DNA of 64,000 nt from Basidiobolus meristosporus CBS 931.73 (taxonomy: Eukaryota > Fungi > Basidiobolomycota). The notes beneath the pieces were generated by a model. It worked only from the letters and a program-made list of their open reading frames with translations, did no database searches and was not told the origin of the DNA. Within the stretch, counting starts at the first letter, position 1. The number at the start of each line of letters is the position of its first letter. The position numbers and the translations under genes were made by a program. The stretch is from NCBI GenBank assembly GCA_002104905.1, contig MCFE01000350.1, positions 1 to 64,000 of the forward strand, written 5' to 3'. Below are positions 24,601 to 37,159 of this stretch, piece by piece.

Positions 24601-25943
24601 ATGCAACAATCGAATGAATTTGAGTTGTATGAACCTCCCACCGATGGGATTTCCTCAGTAGCTTTCAGTCCTAATTCCTCTCAATTCCTCCTAGCAACCT
24701 CTTGGGATAAGGTATTGGTCATTCTCCAGTGGTGCTTTTCTCATCGAGCGAATTTACTAAGGCATTTCCAACTCAATCTCGGTTTCTCGTGAACGTATGT
24801 AGAGTGTCAGACTATACGATGTATACAGCAATCAACTTCGTTCGAAATTTGAACACAAAGCTGCAGTATTGGACGGTTGCATTTCGGACAATTTCCAAGG
24901 ATTTAGTGGAGGCTTAGATAAACGAGTCAAAATGTATTTAGCTGAACCATATATTTACTGTGAATACAACCATCCAGAGTTTCTAAACGCTGTACTTTAG
25001 GTTCGACTTTACAACTTCGAAGGAAACAATCCTCGGCACACATGAAGATGCAGTGAAATGCACCGAATACACCACAGAGACTAGTAGGATTTCTTCCCTA
25101 ATGAATATCACTCGGAACCCAACCTAATTACTTCAACCAAATGTAGACATGTTGATCACTGGTAGTTGGGATAAAAGTGTGTGTCTTTGGGACCCTAGAG
25201 TCCAGGAGGCACTGGTTGGCCGATACATGCAGCCCTCAAAGGTGTACTCTCTCGATATTACCCAAAACAAGCTGGTGGTAGCTATGGCCGACCGTCACGT
25301 GTACATCTATGATATTCGTAACATGAAGGAGACCATGCAAACTCGCGAGAGCTCATTGAAGTACATGACCCGGACTGTACGCTGCATGCCCAATGGAGAA
25401 GGTTTGTCCAACTCTGCAGAGAAATCCATGAGCACTTGTTAATCTTATGGTACTTAGGGTATGCTATTGGCTCAATTGAGGGTCGCGTTGCGGTAGAATT
25501 CTTTGATCCATCGCCCGAGTCGCAATCACGCAAATACGCGTTCAAATGCCACCGTCAAGCTATTGAAGGCGTAGACTACGTTTATCCGGTGAATGCCCTG
25601 GCCTTCCACCCCACGTATGTATACCTGGCCTTTCTATTCTTGGATTTTACCAACCTGTGCTTTCATCTCTAGCCATGGGACGTTCGCCTCTGGAGGAGGT
25701 GATGGAGTGATCAACGTATGGGACGGATTCAACAAAAAGAGACTTCGCCAGTTCCCGAGATATCCTACCTCCATCTCCTCACTAGCGTTTAGCTGCGACG
25801 GCACCATGCTGGCGGTCGCTTCGTCCTATACCTATGAAGAAGGAGAGAAAGACCACGCCCCCGACTCGATCTTCATCAGAACCATTGCCGACTCCGAGGT
25901 CAAGCCCAAGACACTTCCCAACCCTAGCCCCAACCCACAATAG
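24601..25943 (+). CDS. BUB3: Mitotic checkpoint WD40 protein Bub3, multi-exon
   Basis: [78 protein letters not shown]. Confidence 0.95.
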
Positions 25944-26141
25944 ACTTGACGACATGGTTCTATGTGCACTTTATGATAGAAATTCGAAAAATCCAACCAA
26001 TAAATCCACCTAACGCACTACCTACTATAGCCCTTGTTTCGTGGACACTGAGATGGTTAACACATAAAGTAATTGTATTAGGTGGAGTGAAGACGGATGG
26101 ACAGATAGATAGACTCGGCCCGTACGCTTTGTTATGTTGTC

Positions 26142-26492
26142 TCAATCGTTCAGCGGGACCATATTCAAGGGCATGATTTTCACATCTTCCCAGACCCGAC
26201 CAACAAGGTACGGATCTTGACTGATCAGCTCCTTGACTTTTTGAATACTGTCAGCCTCGTAAATATGATAGGAGCCAAGCATCTTCCCATAATCGCTATC
26301 GTCCGATTTAAGCGCCCCTGCTGCTAGCATAAGCTTGTCCTTATAAAGTGTACGGCATCGACTAAGGTGACTATCGCGAGTGGCCAAACGACGTGAAATG
26401 GCCTCTTCGTCGATGAAATCTTTAGCTATCACTAGGTACTGCTTTCGAGCTGTAATGGAGGCTCGATTAATTTCAACACCGCTAGCTACCAA
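26142..26492 (-). CDS. YciI/YCII-domain protein (main exon; 5' exon not resolved)
   Basis: YLVIAKD....RR...R..HL....AAGAL....GKMLGS..IYEA.S...V...I..DPY....VW. Confidence 0.8.
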   Translation of the reverse strand: MVASGVEINRASITARKQYLVIAKDFIDEEAISRRLATRDSHLSRCRTLYKDKLMLAAGALKSDDSDYGKMLGSYHIYEADSIQKVKELISQDPYLVGRVWEDVKIMPLNMVPLND

Positions 26493-27052
26493 CTGAAACT
26501 CAACTGACCTTCGAGAGAGGTAGTGAAGAAACGGGCTACGTGTTCATGAGATGGAAAGACGAATACTTTAGTATCTAGTTGACGACTAAGCACGCTCGGA
26601 ATAAATGGGCTCAGTTGTTGTACCTGAGGATAGTTTTCGACTACTGATAAGTTTACAACGGTTCAGAAGGGACATCAAGAAACGGGACCTTCAAAAAATT
26701 AAAGCAAAAGCAGCTCAAGTCCGCCAGCACTGTTAAGTAACAATCGATACACTTGGGTGTGGGAGGTTGGCAAAATCACCGATATTTAAGTTTGATGAGT
26801 TGGTTTGTAGATGGCCTCTTGACCAATGGCTGTTTCATGTAATAGTCACGACGGTGATCAGCACAACTGATTATATGCATCTATCGATTGTGGAATAGGG
26901 AAATCCGCCATACTTCCTAGTCAAAGTATTCCATAATGCTTGCCTGTGGGCGCGTTGTTTTGAATTGGTTGAATCGTCAACAATTGATCGTTCGAATTGG
27001 ATTGAAATCCTCTTCAACGCATCCAATGCTTGAACCCTCAGTATTCATAACC

Positions 27053-28766
27053 ATGGTGAATGTTGAATGGAGTTCGCAGGATGTCGAGCAAGCCAGAAGG
27101 AGCATTCTGAATCGCATCACTGAAAGGATACCGCCGAAAGAGCTGGTTGGACTTGAAGAGCAAGAAGCGTGAGTTCTCCTCGTTAGTGTACGTTTCATGT
27201 AACGCCTGCTCATTCAATTGATTTCAGTAAAATCTATGATCTGTTGGAGCGAACGGTCTCCCAAGGTGAGAGTAACTCAGCCTTGTTGATAGGGCAGCGA
27301 GGAAGTGGCAAGAGCATGGTATGGACAGGAGTGTGGAGTGCATACGAAGCACCGGCTGATTGATTTTCACTTAGCTCGTAAACCGAGTTCTCCAGAATTT
27401 GACTCAGAAATATCACGTTGACAACAAAAAAGATTTCTACCAAGTTCACTTGAACGGGCTTGTGCAAACGGACGATAGAATTGCCTTGAAAGAGATTATT
27501 CGTCAGTTATCTTTGGAGGAGGAATTCGACTCAACTTTGGTAAGTAGGGGCTTTCAACCTGTTGAGAAGGCCTTGATATACTTAATCCATCGTCTCGATC
27601 ATAGAGCTCTTCTTTTGCTGAAACTTTGGCTTTCCTACTGAATCTCTTGAAACAAGGCTCGAAAGATAACGTGTCCATTGTCTTTATCCTCGACGAATTC
27701 GACCTGTTTGCCCAGCATCCAAAGCAAACCTTGCTTTACAACCTGTTCGACGTTGCCCAAAGCAGTCAAAATCCAGTCGCAGTTCTCGGACTTACTTGTC
27801 GCTTGGTAAATAGGGGATTTCGGTGACGAGAATTTCACCCTGGATCTGTTACTAACAACAGTAATGCAGGATTCGCTCGAGCTATTGGAAAAGAGAGTCA
27901 AGTCCAGATTCTCGCATAGACAAGTTCTCCTTTTCCCGCCTGACACGTTCCGCGAATTCATGACTGCTATACGCAATGCATTAGAATTGGAAGAGGAAGT
28001 GACCAATGAAGTCTATAGGGAGAAGTTTAACGAATCTCTCGACGTAAGATAGCCCAACCATGGCTCTACTTTGTCCGGCGATACTAACAACGGTCTCTTA
28101 GGTTGTTCTCGCTGACCCCAACATCAGCAAATCCTTCCGAAGGATTTTCGATCTTACCAAAGACATTCGAGCAGTCTTTAGAATATGCGTAAGCTTATAG
28201 GCACTATAGAATTTCTACCAGGACCCTCTGTTTAACCTGAAGACGCTAGGTTGGTGCCGTAAGCTCACTCTCCTTGAGCCAGCCATTTCTTGACCTGGGT
28301 GAACTGTATGAGGCCGCACTTCAACAACGTGCGGACTCCAAAACCGAGCTTCTCAAAGGTAACCATTTTTTGCAACCATTGACTCCAGTCACCACCTAAC
28401 CCGAACCCAACAGGACTTTCTCTCCTGGAACTCTGTCTGATTATCGCCATCAAGCAACTCCTTGAGCTCGAATTGTACACCTTCAATTTTGAGATGGCTT
28501 ACAACGAATACAAGGAATTCATGAATCTAGCTCTAGCGCAGGGCGGTGGCGGCATGAAGCTTTATAAGAAAGCGGTAGCGATGAAAGCATTTGAAAATTT
28601 GATTTCAATTGAATTGATTCAGCCAGTGGAGAATTACGGGAAGTCCCCGAAAGAGTATCGAATGATGAAGGTCATGCTGGAGCCTCTTCAGATTGCTGAT
28701 GCTGTACTCAAGTATCGGGATTGCCCAACATTGGTTAGAAAATGGGGTACGAAATGGCTGGAGTAG
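27053..28766 (+). CDS. ORC4: Origin recognition complex subunit 4, multi-exon
   Basis: [17 protein letters not shown] (Walker A), [67 protein letters not shown]. Confidence 0.95.
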
Positions 28767-29588
28767 GACGTGTATCATATAGTTGTGTAATAAATATCAA
28801 TAGGCACTTGGTTTTTTGGGTAAAACTGACTGGTCTTCATCATCATGTGCGAGAATGCTGCCTTTATCTGATGGTGTTGGTGGGTTCGGGAATTAGCAAT
28901 TTTGAGATCTGCTGATGTTTTGCTGCTCCTACTTATAATACCGTTGGACTGATTTAACTTGGTGTTTCTAAATCTGATAATTCCTCAATGTTATCAGATT
29001 TAGTCATCTCTGATTCGTAATCAGACATGAATATTATCAGATTAACCATAGCCAAGTTGCCCCAATCAGGGCAGAAACCCCAAAAATTAGGACTCGCAGC
29101 CCGTTCTCTGAATATAAACCCATCCTACAGTTGCTAAATTAGGATGATTCCTTCGTGTAGCATGAAACACATCAAAGGCTGCATCAAGCCCATCCAATGG
29201 GAGGTTCACGAGCATCGCTTAATTAGCAGGGAGATGGGAATATTATTTTAATGTTGACTTCAAATTTGGTAAGATAAAAGTTTTGGTACTTATTGGGAAG
29301 AAATAGCCGACGTTAATAAGTGCTTCAGGTGCTTTCTGCGTTTCTTTTGTCTTTCACAAGTAGTCTTCTATTAGTAAAGCGTACCTGGTCCTCAGCTGTT
29401 AATATATGTATCTACCCGAGCACTAGCATTGTACGTTATCGGAAACTTCGAAGAATCGAGTAGATCTGCCGTAGCATAGGCAGAGAAATTACTTTTCGTC
29501 ACTACCCACCACGCACTGAGCCTTTCCAGTTTTGGGACCACTGTTGTCGACGTTTCTATTCAGTACTTCCCCTAATAATATATCCCTT

Positions 29589-31433
29589 ATGCATTTGAAA
29601 CCCTCTGATAAATCGAATGAGAGCTCTCTTGCTGGTCGGAGACCTGTAAAGCCAGCACTCCTAACAAACCCATCCAACACACAAAGTGGGCAATTTCCCG
29701 AGACCATCAATTGTTCTTGGAACAAAGAAAGCGCCGACCTTCCCGACATCGAGGCCTGCAATGTTGTGTGGGATTCTAAGAACCAGCATTCAACACAGTT
29801 AGTCAATACTTGTCAGGGAGTGATACATGCAAAGTCGACACAGAACAGTCCACTGTTTGTGTGCGGGGATAACGCAAAGCAACACAGCGCTACTTCAACT
29901 CAAGCTGCCGAGCAAAACGCCAAAACATCGATTTGTTTGCGCCGAAGACGACTGTCCAACGCCTCTATGGAGCACCACATCCGTGACCGTTTATTAGCGG
30001 AAGCGATGTCTAAGACATCCACACCGATTCACGATTGTGACTATTGGATTGATCGAAGCACGTCATTTATCCACCTGGCGGAGGTGGATCTATCTCGCAA
30101 CCGACTAACTCAGTTGCCAGAATGTATTATTAATATTGCAAGTCGGGTGAAGATTTTGAATTTAAGCCATAACAGGCTCACCACTTTCCCCAAGCAGTTA
30201 AGCCGCTTCTCTAACTTGGAGGTGCTGGATTTGTCACACAACATGATTTCCGGTGAGCTGCCAGAAGAGCTTCCGAGTGCTCTTACCAGTCTGAGGGTCT
30301 TGAGATTGTCCGGTAACCAGATCACCAGACTTCCCGAAACCTTGGGTGAAAGCATTCGCTTGGAAACGTTAGTGTTGGGCTCGATCTTTGGTGGTAATTT
30401 GTTGCAATCCTTCCCTGAAAAATGCATCTCCCGACTCGTAAATCTGAAAGAGCTTGACTTGACTCAAAACCAACTGGCTAGCCTTCCATCAGACATTGGC
30501 CATCCCAAATCGCGATTAGAGAGGCTAGCAGTGGGGGAGAACCGACTCCTTTCACTTCCGTGCTCCATTGGATTGTGTCGGTCACTTCGTTCACTTGACC
30601 TCTCAAGGAATCGTCTTCTGGATCTGCCCATCGAGATTACTGATCTTAGTGGCTTAGAGACATTGGACCTGACCGAAAATAAGCTTTGCGTTATCCCAGG
30701 GGACATTGCCTTGTTTATGAGTAGAACCACAGTGCTACTAAGCGGAAATCCTTTCACAAACGGAGCCCGTAGACATGATCCCACTCACGAGGCTGGCGAG
30801 TCCACTAGCCAAACCAACCTTTCATTGATGCAGCAGCTCCAATCAACTTCTTCAACAGCCCATTGCATCCGACCTAATTCAACCACCTCCCCGCATTCTG
30901 GACAGCCATCCGACCACCACACATCTGCATTTCATTCCCACGCCTTGCCCTCATCACATACCAAATCTCCGACAAAACCGCCAGATCTCTTGCCCTCACT
31001 ACGTGAATTCGCAGCACGCAAAGTATTGAAATACTCCATCCCCATCCCACCATATCGCATCCCAACCAGTCTGCTGAGATACCTTGAGCGCGGTGCACGA
31101 CCATGTTGCAACTGCCTGGATCCATATGTCCGCGAATGGATCAGCTGTGTAGAGGTCAAAAATTATCTTGGTCATCCGAAAGTCCCCAGAAGCATACGCT
31201 TTTGCTCCACGACGTGTATGGTCCAAACAAACTGTGCTACCAACAAAACCGCCCTACCAAGCGGCAGCTCCATGGAGTTCGCCCTCACCAGGCTCCCAAA
31301 CCAACCGACAAAGGCTTCGATCAAGCCGTTCTCCTCCCTCCTGACACAAAGATCCAATCAACCCTCCATCAAATCAAAAAAACCCTCCTCCCAACGCCAT
31401 GCTAAACGCACCGTCGTGACCACCGATTGGTAG
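29589..31433 (+). CDS. Leucine-rich-repeat protein with C-terminal BC-box/cullin-box-like motif and Cys cluster, single exon
   Basis: About 9-10 LxxLxLxxNxL repeats, then LPSLREFAARKV..IPTSLLRYL and CCNC...C...FCSTTC. The ORF track start (TTG 29532) is probably not used. Confidence 0.85.
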   Translation: MHLKPSDKSNESSLAGRRPVKPALLTNPSNTQSGQFPETINCSWNKESADLPDIEACNVVWDSKNQHSTQLVNTCQGVIHAKSTQNSPLFVCGDNAKQHSATSTQAAEQNAKTSICLRRRRLSNASMEHHIRDRLLAEAMSKTSTPIHDCDYWIDRSTSFIHLAEVDLSRNRLTQLPECIINIASRVKILNLSHNRLTTFPKQLSRFSNLEVLDLSHNMISGELPEELPSALTSLRVLRLSGNQITRLPETLGESIRLETLVLGSIFGGNLLQSFPEKCISRLVNLKELDLTQNQLASLPSDIGHPKSRLERLAVGENRLLSLPCSIGLCRSLRSLDLSRNRLLDLPIEITDLSGLETLDLTENKLCVIPGDIALFMSRTTVLLSGNPFTNGARRHDPTHEAGESTSQTNLSLMQQLQSTSSTAHCIRPNSTTSPHSGQPSDHHTSAFHSHALPSSHTKSPTKPPDLLPSLREFAARKVLKYSIPIPPYRIPTSLLRYLERGARPCCNCLDPYVREWISCVEVKNYLGHPKVPRSIRFCSTTCMVQTNCATNKTALPSGSSMEFALTRLPNQPTKASIKPFSSLLTQRSNQPSIKSKKPSSQRHAKRTVVTTDW

Positions 31434-31569
31434 CATCTCGTGTATCTATAGATTGATTCCCCTAGCATACAAGACATAAACTATTTAATGCTGTGCTTTA
31501 TGTGATAACATCCATGTGTGCAGTAAAGGTTGATGCATGTCTAACAAAATCATGAAAATGACGGGATGA

Positions 31570-32533
31570 CTAGTCGGTTTTACGGTTGTTAGAGACCTCT
31601 TTAAGGGCATCCAACATCAGGTCACGGGTGTGTTCCATCAGCTCGCCTACTGTTTCAGGGGAATACTTCTTGGTGGAGATGGCGGGAAGAACTGGTGCAA
31701 AAGATTAGAAATCGCGGAAACGCTTTTCTATGATCGTACGAGTGGTACCTTTGATCTTGACTACTCCACCAGGCCATTGCTTGGCTTGACTATTGTAGAC
31801 GTGACTGTAGTTGGAGATGACAATGGGAATGATGGGGTAGTTGGCCTGCAAAGCTAGATGGAAGGCCCCCTTCTTGAATGGCAAGAGGTCCGGTTTCTTG
31901 AAGTGGCTGCGGGTGCCCTCGGGATAAATCCATAAGCTGAGCTTGTTGTCCTTGATGAATTCCACTGCGTTCTTGGTGGTCCGTAGAGCACTCGCATGAT
32001 TTTTGCGGTCGATAAAAACTGCGGCCGCTAGTCTCACTACGTGGGGAAAGTAATAGTTAGGTATACCGTTGACTGACGTAGAACAAGGGCCAAGGGGCTT
32101 AGAGATACTTACTGAACATTCCCAAGAACGGAACATATTTGAGTGACTGCTTCGACATAACTACGCAATCCTTAGGGAAAATACGTCCCATTATTAAAAC
32201 GTCAAGAGAAGTTTGGTGATTGCACAACACAATGCCAGGTGTGCTCTTCAGGTTCTCCTCTCCTTCCAGCTCAAATTTGATGCCAACACTTGGGGCAGCG
32301 CAGTAGGCAAACCCTCTTGCTACGAGCCAATTGGTCATGGCGCGTCTTCCAATAGCAGCGCAAAAGAAGGAGGCAAAGCACCCATAGGTGCTGATGACCA
32401 TCAACCAAGTAATGGCGATTACTGCTTTAACATAGAACGTAAAAGCTCGGTAAAGAACTAAGAAAACCAGTAGTGTGACTCCCAATTGAAGGTAAAGAGT
32501 ATTATGGTTAGCAACCGGTGCTTCTTCACTCAT
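31570..32533 (-). CDS. SLC1: 1-acyl-sn-glycerol-3-phosphate acyltransferase, multi-exon
   Basis: NHQTSLD (HX4D), AVFIDR, YPEGTRS, LLPFKKGAFHLA. Confidence 0.95.
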
Positions 32534-33556
32534 CTTGAACTGTGAGGGAGGGGGTGAAAGTGGGTTAAGCAAACCAAGAGGTTACTAGGTAGTGGGAGTA
32601 CGATGTTCTCTTAATATATTATCTTGAGCCAAGGAACCAGGACCACAATGTGCCGTACTTATCCAAGCGCCGTAAATATCCAGAAATGGCGAAGATATTA
32701 AAAGCTGGACATTTTTATCCAATGAAGTCACTCAATTTGACTTCGTGCGAAACATCTCCAAAGTAAAGCATCGATTTATCTCGGGATCCAGTGTGCATTT
32801 CCAGACCAAATTTACCCAACGCCGACTTTCCAACCCTCTACTGGTAAAGATTGAGCGATGTGGTGCTTCACATGGATTTGGCTCGGTCGCGAAGAGATAT
32901 CCATCGCAAATATCCAGAAATGATTGTCCGGTGCTGGCTGAAGCCAGTCGACGAACTAGCTTTCTACCTGTTACATACAACTCCGACTTGACCAAGTCGT
33001 TGCGTAAGTAAAACCCACCCCACGACTTGGTATAAATGGTATTCCTCATATTTCAATTGTCTTTTAACAATTACCATTATTGACCAATCACGTTTCTCGA
33101 ATGGGAACATTTTTTCCGATTGTGATTCAGAAGTGGGATATTGGCTGATATCCTTGAAGCACCTCATGAGAACCGGCATGATTCCGACGGTGCCCAAGTA
33201 GGGCTTCGTTCATAGAGACGCATCGTTGAGGATGAGCCCAAGTGACACCTACTTCCCGTGCCCTGACAGGAGTGAAGGTTGACACAACCTTGCGCAACTT
33301 TCTGTTGGCCAATGTCGAGTCACGCGTAATGGTTGTCTGATATTTTTGGGCTTTTGAAGGATCACGTTGATTCGTGGAGTCTATTCAATTTTGAAGAATG
33401 CCATGAGACCAGGAACGTGTTGGTGCCCTGTATATCCTACAAACGTTATATTTGGACATGATGATGAGGCAGGCCAATCTAAATATGGATGTGATTCGGG
33501 ATGGTTTACCCATCAGCAAGATCCACCATATATAACCCAGCATTCAGAGAGGTGAA

Positions 33557-34600
33557 ATGCCAACTCGATTCCGAAACATGTTAAGACACTTGGCAGCCAG
33601 AGCTTTGAAAACCCCTTTCCATGGCGACTACACCAGCGTACGCCAAATGGCAACGACTAACTGTCACTCCCCGATCATTGTACCATTCTTTCATAAGCCA
33701 TCTTCCACATTCACATACATCATTGTCGATGAGAAAACCTCAGAAAGCGCCATCCTTGATCCCTGTGTGGACTACGACCTCATTTCAGGGCGTATCTCCT
33801 CGAAACCTCTCGATGAAATCATCGACTTCGTTAAATCCGAGAAATTAAATGTGAAATGGTTGCTTGACACCCACGTTCATGCCGATCATCTCTCAGGTAA
33901 GTCAGAGTCACCTTTCCCCCACAGCTGAGCGACCATCTCATCTACGTCCAACCAACTAGGCTTGGAGCACCTGAAGAAAAACCTCCCGAATTCCCAAACC
34001 GCCATAGGAGAGAATGTGAAGATGGTTCAAAAGCGAGTGAACAAATTTTTCAACCCCGTGCGGCTGGATCATGATGGCTCCCAATTTGATTTCCTCTTGG
34101 CCGATGGTCAGAAGATTCAAATCGGTGACATCGCCATCAAGGCCATCCACACCCCTGGTCACACGCCAGACTCCATTTCCTATCTCGTCAATGATTGTCT
34201 GTTTGTTGGTGACACGATTTTCATGCCTGATGTAGGCACCGCCAGATGTGATTTCCCAGGTGGCTCGGCGGAGCAGCTCTACCGAACCATCATGGACAAA
34301 TTCTACACTCTGCCCGACACCACCAAGATGTTCATGTGCCATGACTATCCACCTGAATACCGTGGCAAGGAACCCCCACGGTACTTGTCAACTGTCGCTG
34401 AGGAAATGGAGAAAAACATCCACATCAAAAAGGACACCACCATGGAGGAGTTCGTGAAGTTCCGCAACGCCCGGGATGATGCCTTGGACCTCCCGAAACT
34501 TCTACTTCCTAGCTTGCAGATCAATGCCATCGCTGGAAAGCTCCCCGAACCGGAGGTGGATGGGAAGAGCTACATCAAGTTCCCCATCAACTTTTTTTAA
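33557..34600 (+). CDS. Metallo-beta-lactamase-fold persulfide dioxygenase (ETHE1/Blh-like), one intron ~33897-33959
   Basis: DTHVHADHLSG, HTPGHTPD, FVGDT.FMPD.GTARCDFPGG, MCHDY, R..RD..L..PKL..PSLQ.N; N-terminal mitochondrial-like presequence. Confidence 0.9.
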
Positions 34601-34781
34601 CCCAGTCCTCATGTAACATACCTCATTCCGAAAAATCTTCAACGACCATACACTGACACTCAACTAATAAACAACCAGATCAATTCCATGCCGAATATCC
34701 CAGTTACATGTAAACCAATTTACTTTCCGGACCACAAGATGCGGTTAATAATCATAGGTTGGTGTTTGTCAAAACAATAAA

Positions 34782-35926
34782 TCACACTATACACCTTTTC
34801 TACAGTCGATTCCAAATCCTTGTAAACAATGGGTAAAAGAGTGAATCGAATAGAGAGTAGTCTGAATTGAGTTACAGCAATCATATGCTGCCTCGCGTAT
34901 TGCACTTCATAGCGCTGCCACCGAGGAGTCTTCCCAACGCCATCCTGGTCAACGTCTGCGCAATGAAACGCTTCAACCGCCATGCGACCAGGACACCGTG
35001 CATTGCTGTTGACTCCAACGCCCATGAATTCATAGGCGGCTCCGCTAGAGCAAGCTGGCTTTTCTCAGACCTTCACCAAGGGCCGTATGCATATACGAAT
35101 ATGATAGACGAGGCTCTATCCGTTTGTTTACCCCTAAACGCAAGCTTCCACCCGATTCAGTAGTGGGTGACCTACTTTCCCTCTTAACAACTCCAGATTT
35201 AGGCCAGCTCGCACTTGTGGGACGGTGCTATATTTGCATCAAGGCTCGACCAATACTGTATGATCAACGAAATTTGATCAGTGTGAACAGGGACAAATTT
35301 TTCAGCGACTATTTACATGTTCCTTTCTTGGGTGAAACTTCTTCTGGCTAGGTTGGAATTCAACTACCCAAATCACATCCATATTTATGATCACGGTGGA
35401 ATGATCGAAATCCCTGCCCCCAGCGCAAAAAAAAAACCAGTTTGATGAGGATTCCGGTATTTCCTACTCCCACCCATATATGGTATGCGAATTTAATGGA
35501 TGGTTTATGTAGACTACCCATATCCGGAATCCCACCCACAATCAGCATAACCGAATTATGATGTTTAAGGTTGAACTAACGTTTAGGTTCTATTGTTCAC
35601 ATCTAGCCGACCTGTTTCCGACTGGTTGAGTATGTATTAGCTGATGCACAAAGGTTGATGTTCAATTAATGTGAAGATGAATGATACGAGCACGCTCAGC
35701 TATCTCGATGCAATCAGGAACTCAAGACCGCACCAAAAGCTTCCATCCCCTAAAGGCTTCAGCTAGTGGTGCAATCAACAACGAGACTCCCGCCAGTGGC
35801 ATCCCGATATCATCAGCGCGTGATATGTATATTAATTGTAATTGCAGTCTTAGGTTATAACTAAGACGTGAGGAAACAAACATGAATCGAGCCCATTATT
35901 TATGGGATCCATTGTTCTATGGGAAA
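34782..35926 (+). repeat. Dispersed repeat copy 2 (blocks 34782-35330 and 35691-35926)
   Basis: Homologous to 23399-24364 at offsets 11383 and 11562; the middle segments are unrelated. Confidence 0.85.
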
Positions 35927-36400
35927 CCTATTGAACGACGGTGGTGCAAAACATTTTCCCTCTCCCAAGATCCCAGCCAGCTAATCCTCACCCATGTTTA
36001 AGAATAATCAAACCTGGCGTAGGTTAACTAGAAAAGACACTGGACTGATTGGAGGAATTCTGGTCTGAATGGTGATCATGTAATTTACAGCCATAAACGA
36101 ATGCGGTGATCAGTGATCAAGTGTGGCGAAGCGGATACGAAATTCGTTCCATCCAACTGATTTCGGGGAACCACCCAATCCACATCTTCCCAATCTGGTA
36201 TCCCTTACCCTAGAATGGTATACATCGCTTAACCATGGAAATGACTATCGATCATGGGTTGAGCATTGCGTGAACAATCGCTCATTAGTCAAGAGAATCC
36301 TTTTCCTTTTTGGGTGGATCTGCCTGCCATAAGGTGAACCCTGAATTCGCTGGAATTCAGTGTTTATCTAATCGATGCCATTTCAAATCCCATAGCCCTT
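35124..36400 (+). pseudogene. Probable decayed F-box/LRR-type gene
   Basis: KLPPDSVVGDLLSLLTTPDLGQLALVGRCYICIKARPILY fits the F-box pattern LP.E...I...L...DL..L..V.R....A...LY; downstream fragments such as LPNLVSLTLEW look LRR-like; stops and frameshifts. Confidence 0.45.
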
Positions 36401-37159
36401 CATATGGCCGAATCAGGTGGTCGTGACGATGCTCGGGGGATTTCCGTGATGTCACCCGGAGGTTATGGTAATTCCATTGTGGTATCTCGAGCGAAATTAG
36501 GAATTTACACTGTATTACGCTCGCTGTCTTAGAGTGGGAAATTGCCCCTCGACCCAACAATCAATCGGTGGCTGAAATAAGGGGATTCTAGTGGATTACT
36601 TGGTACTGACTAATCCCAAATCGGCTGGATGAATCAAAAGGGAGGCCACTCTCGTCCGCCAATCTAGGCGGCTGGTAGGAGTTGGGCATTGTGTAGTTGC
36701 TTTAGAGATGAGCTTCATTGGGCCAAATAGATCCCTTCGACGACGAATTACTAACTCTCGGTCTTTGATGCTAGCTAAACATGGAAGCAGCCAGATGACG
36801 TTTCTAGAATTGGATGGTCGCGCTGAATCAAGCCAGTGGGATTGCTCCTGACTAGAGCATCTGAGAAGTGTACCATTTAAGCTTTATTCAAATCTATTTA
36901 CACGTGCAAAAGGAGAAGAGCCAAGTGTAGAATAAGTAATACAAGATACCGCTAAAGTGCTAAAGGGCCAAGCTTTCCGGTCCAAACATGTTGAGGTAAA
37001 TGTCGAGGGAGGGTTGAGAAACGAAATCAAGCGGGAAAGAAAATTACAAGAAATTGTGCTGAACGAATAGGATCCGCCAAAGTGGCTCGGATAAACCACC
37101 CTGCTAGAGGAGACAGGCCGGATAGTGCTTTCCAAGGTGCATATCTTATCTTCTGTGGA

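Noticed and set aside
32732-33312. Overlapping minus-strand ORF fragments as a gene
   Set aside because: Different frames, no splice-consistent model or recognisable domain; at most a pseudogene
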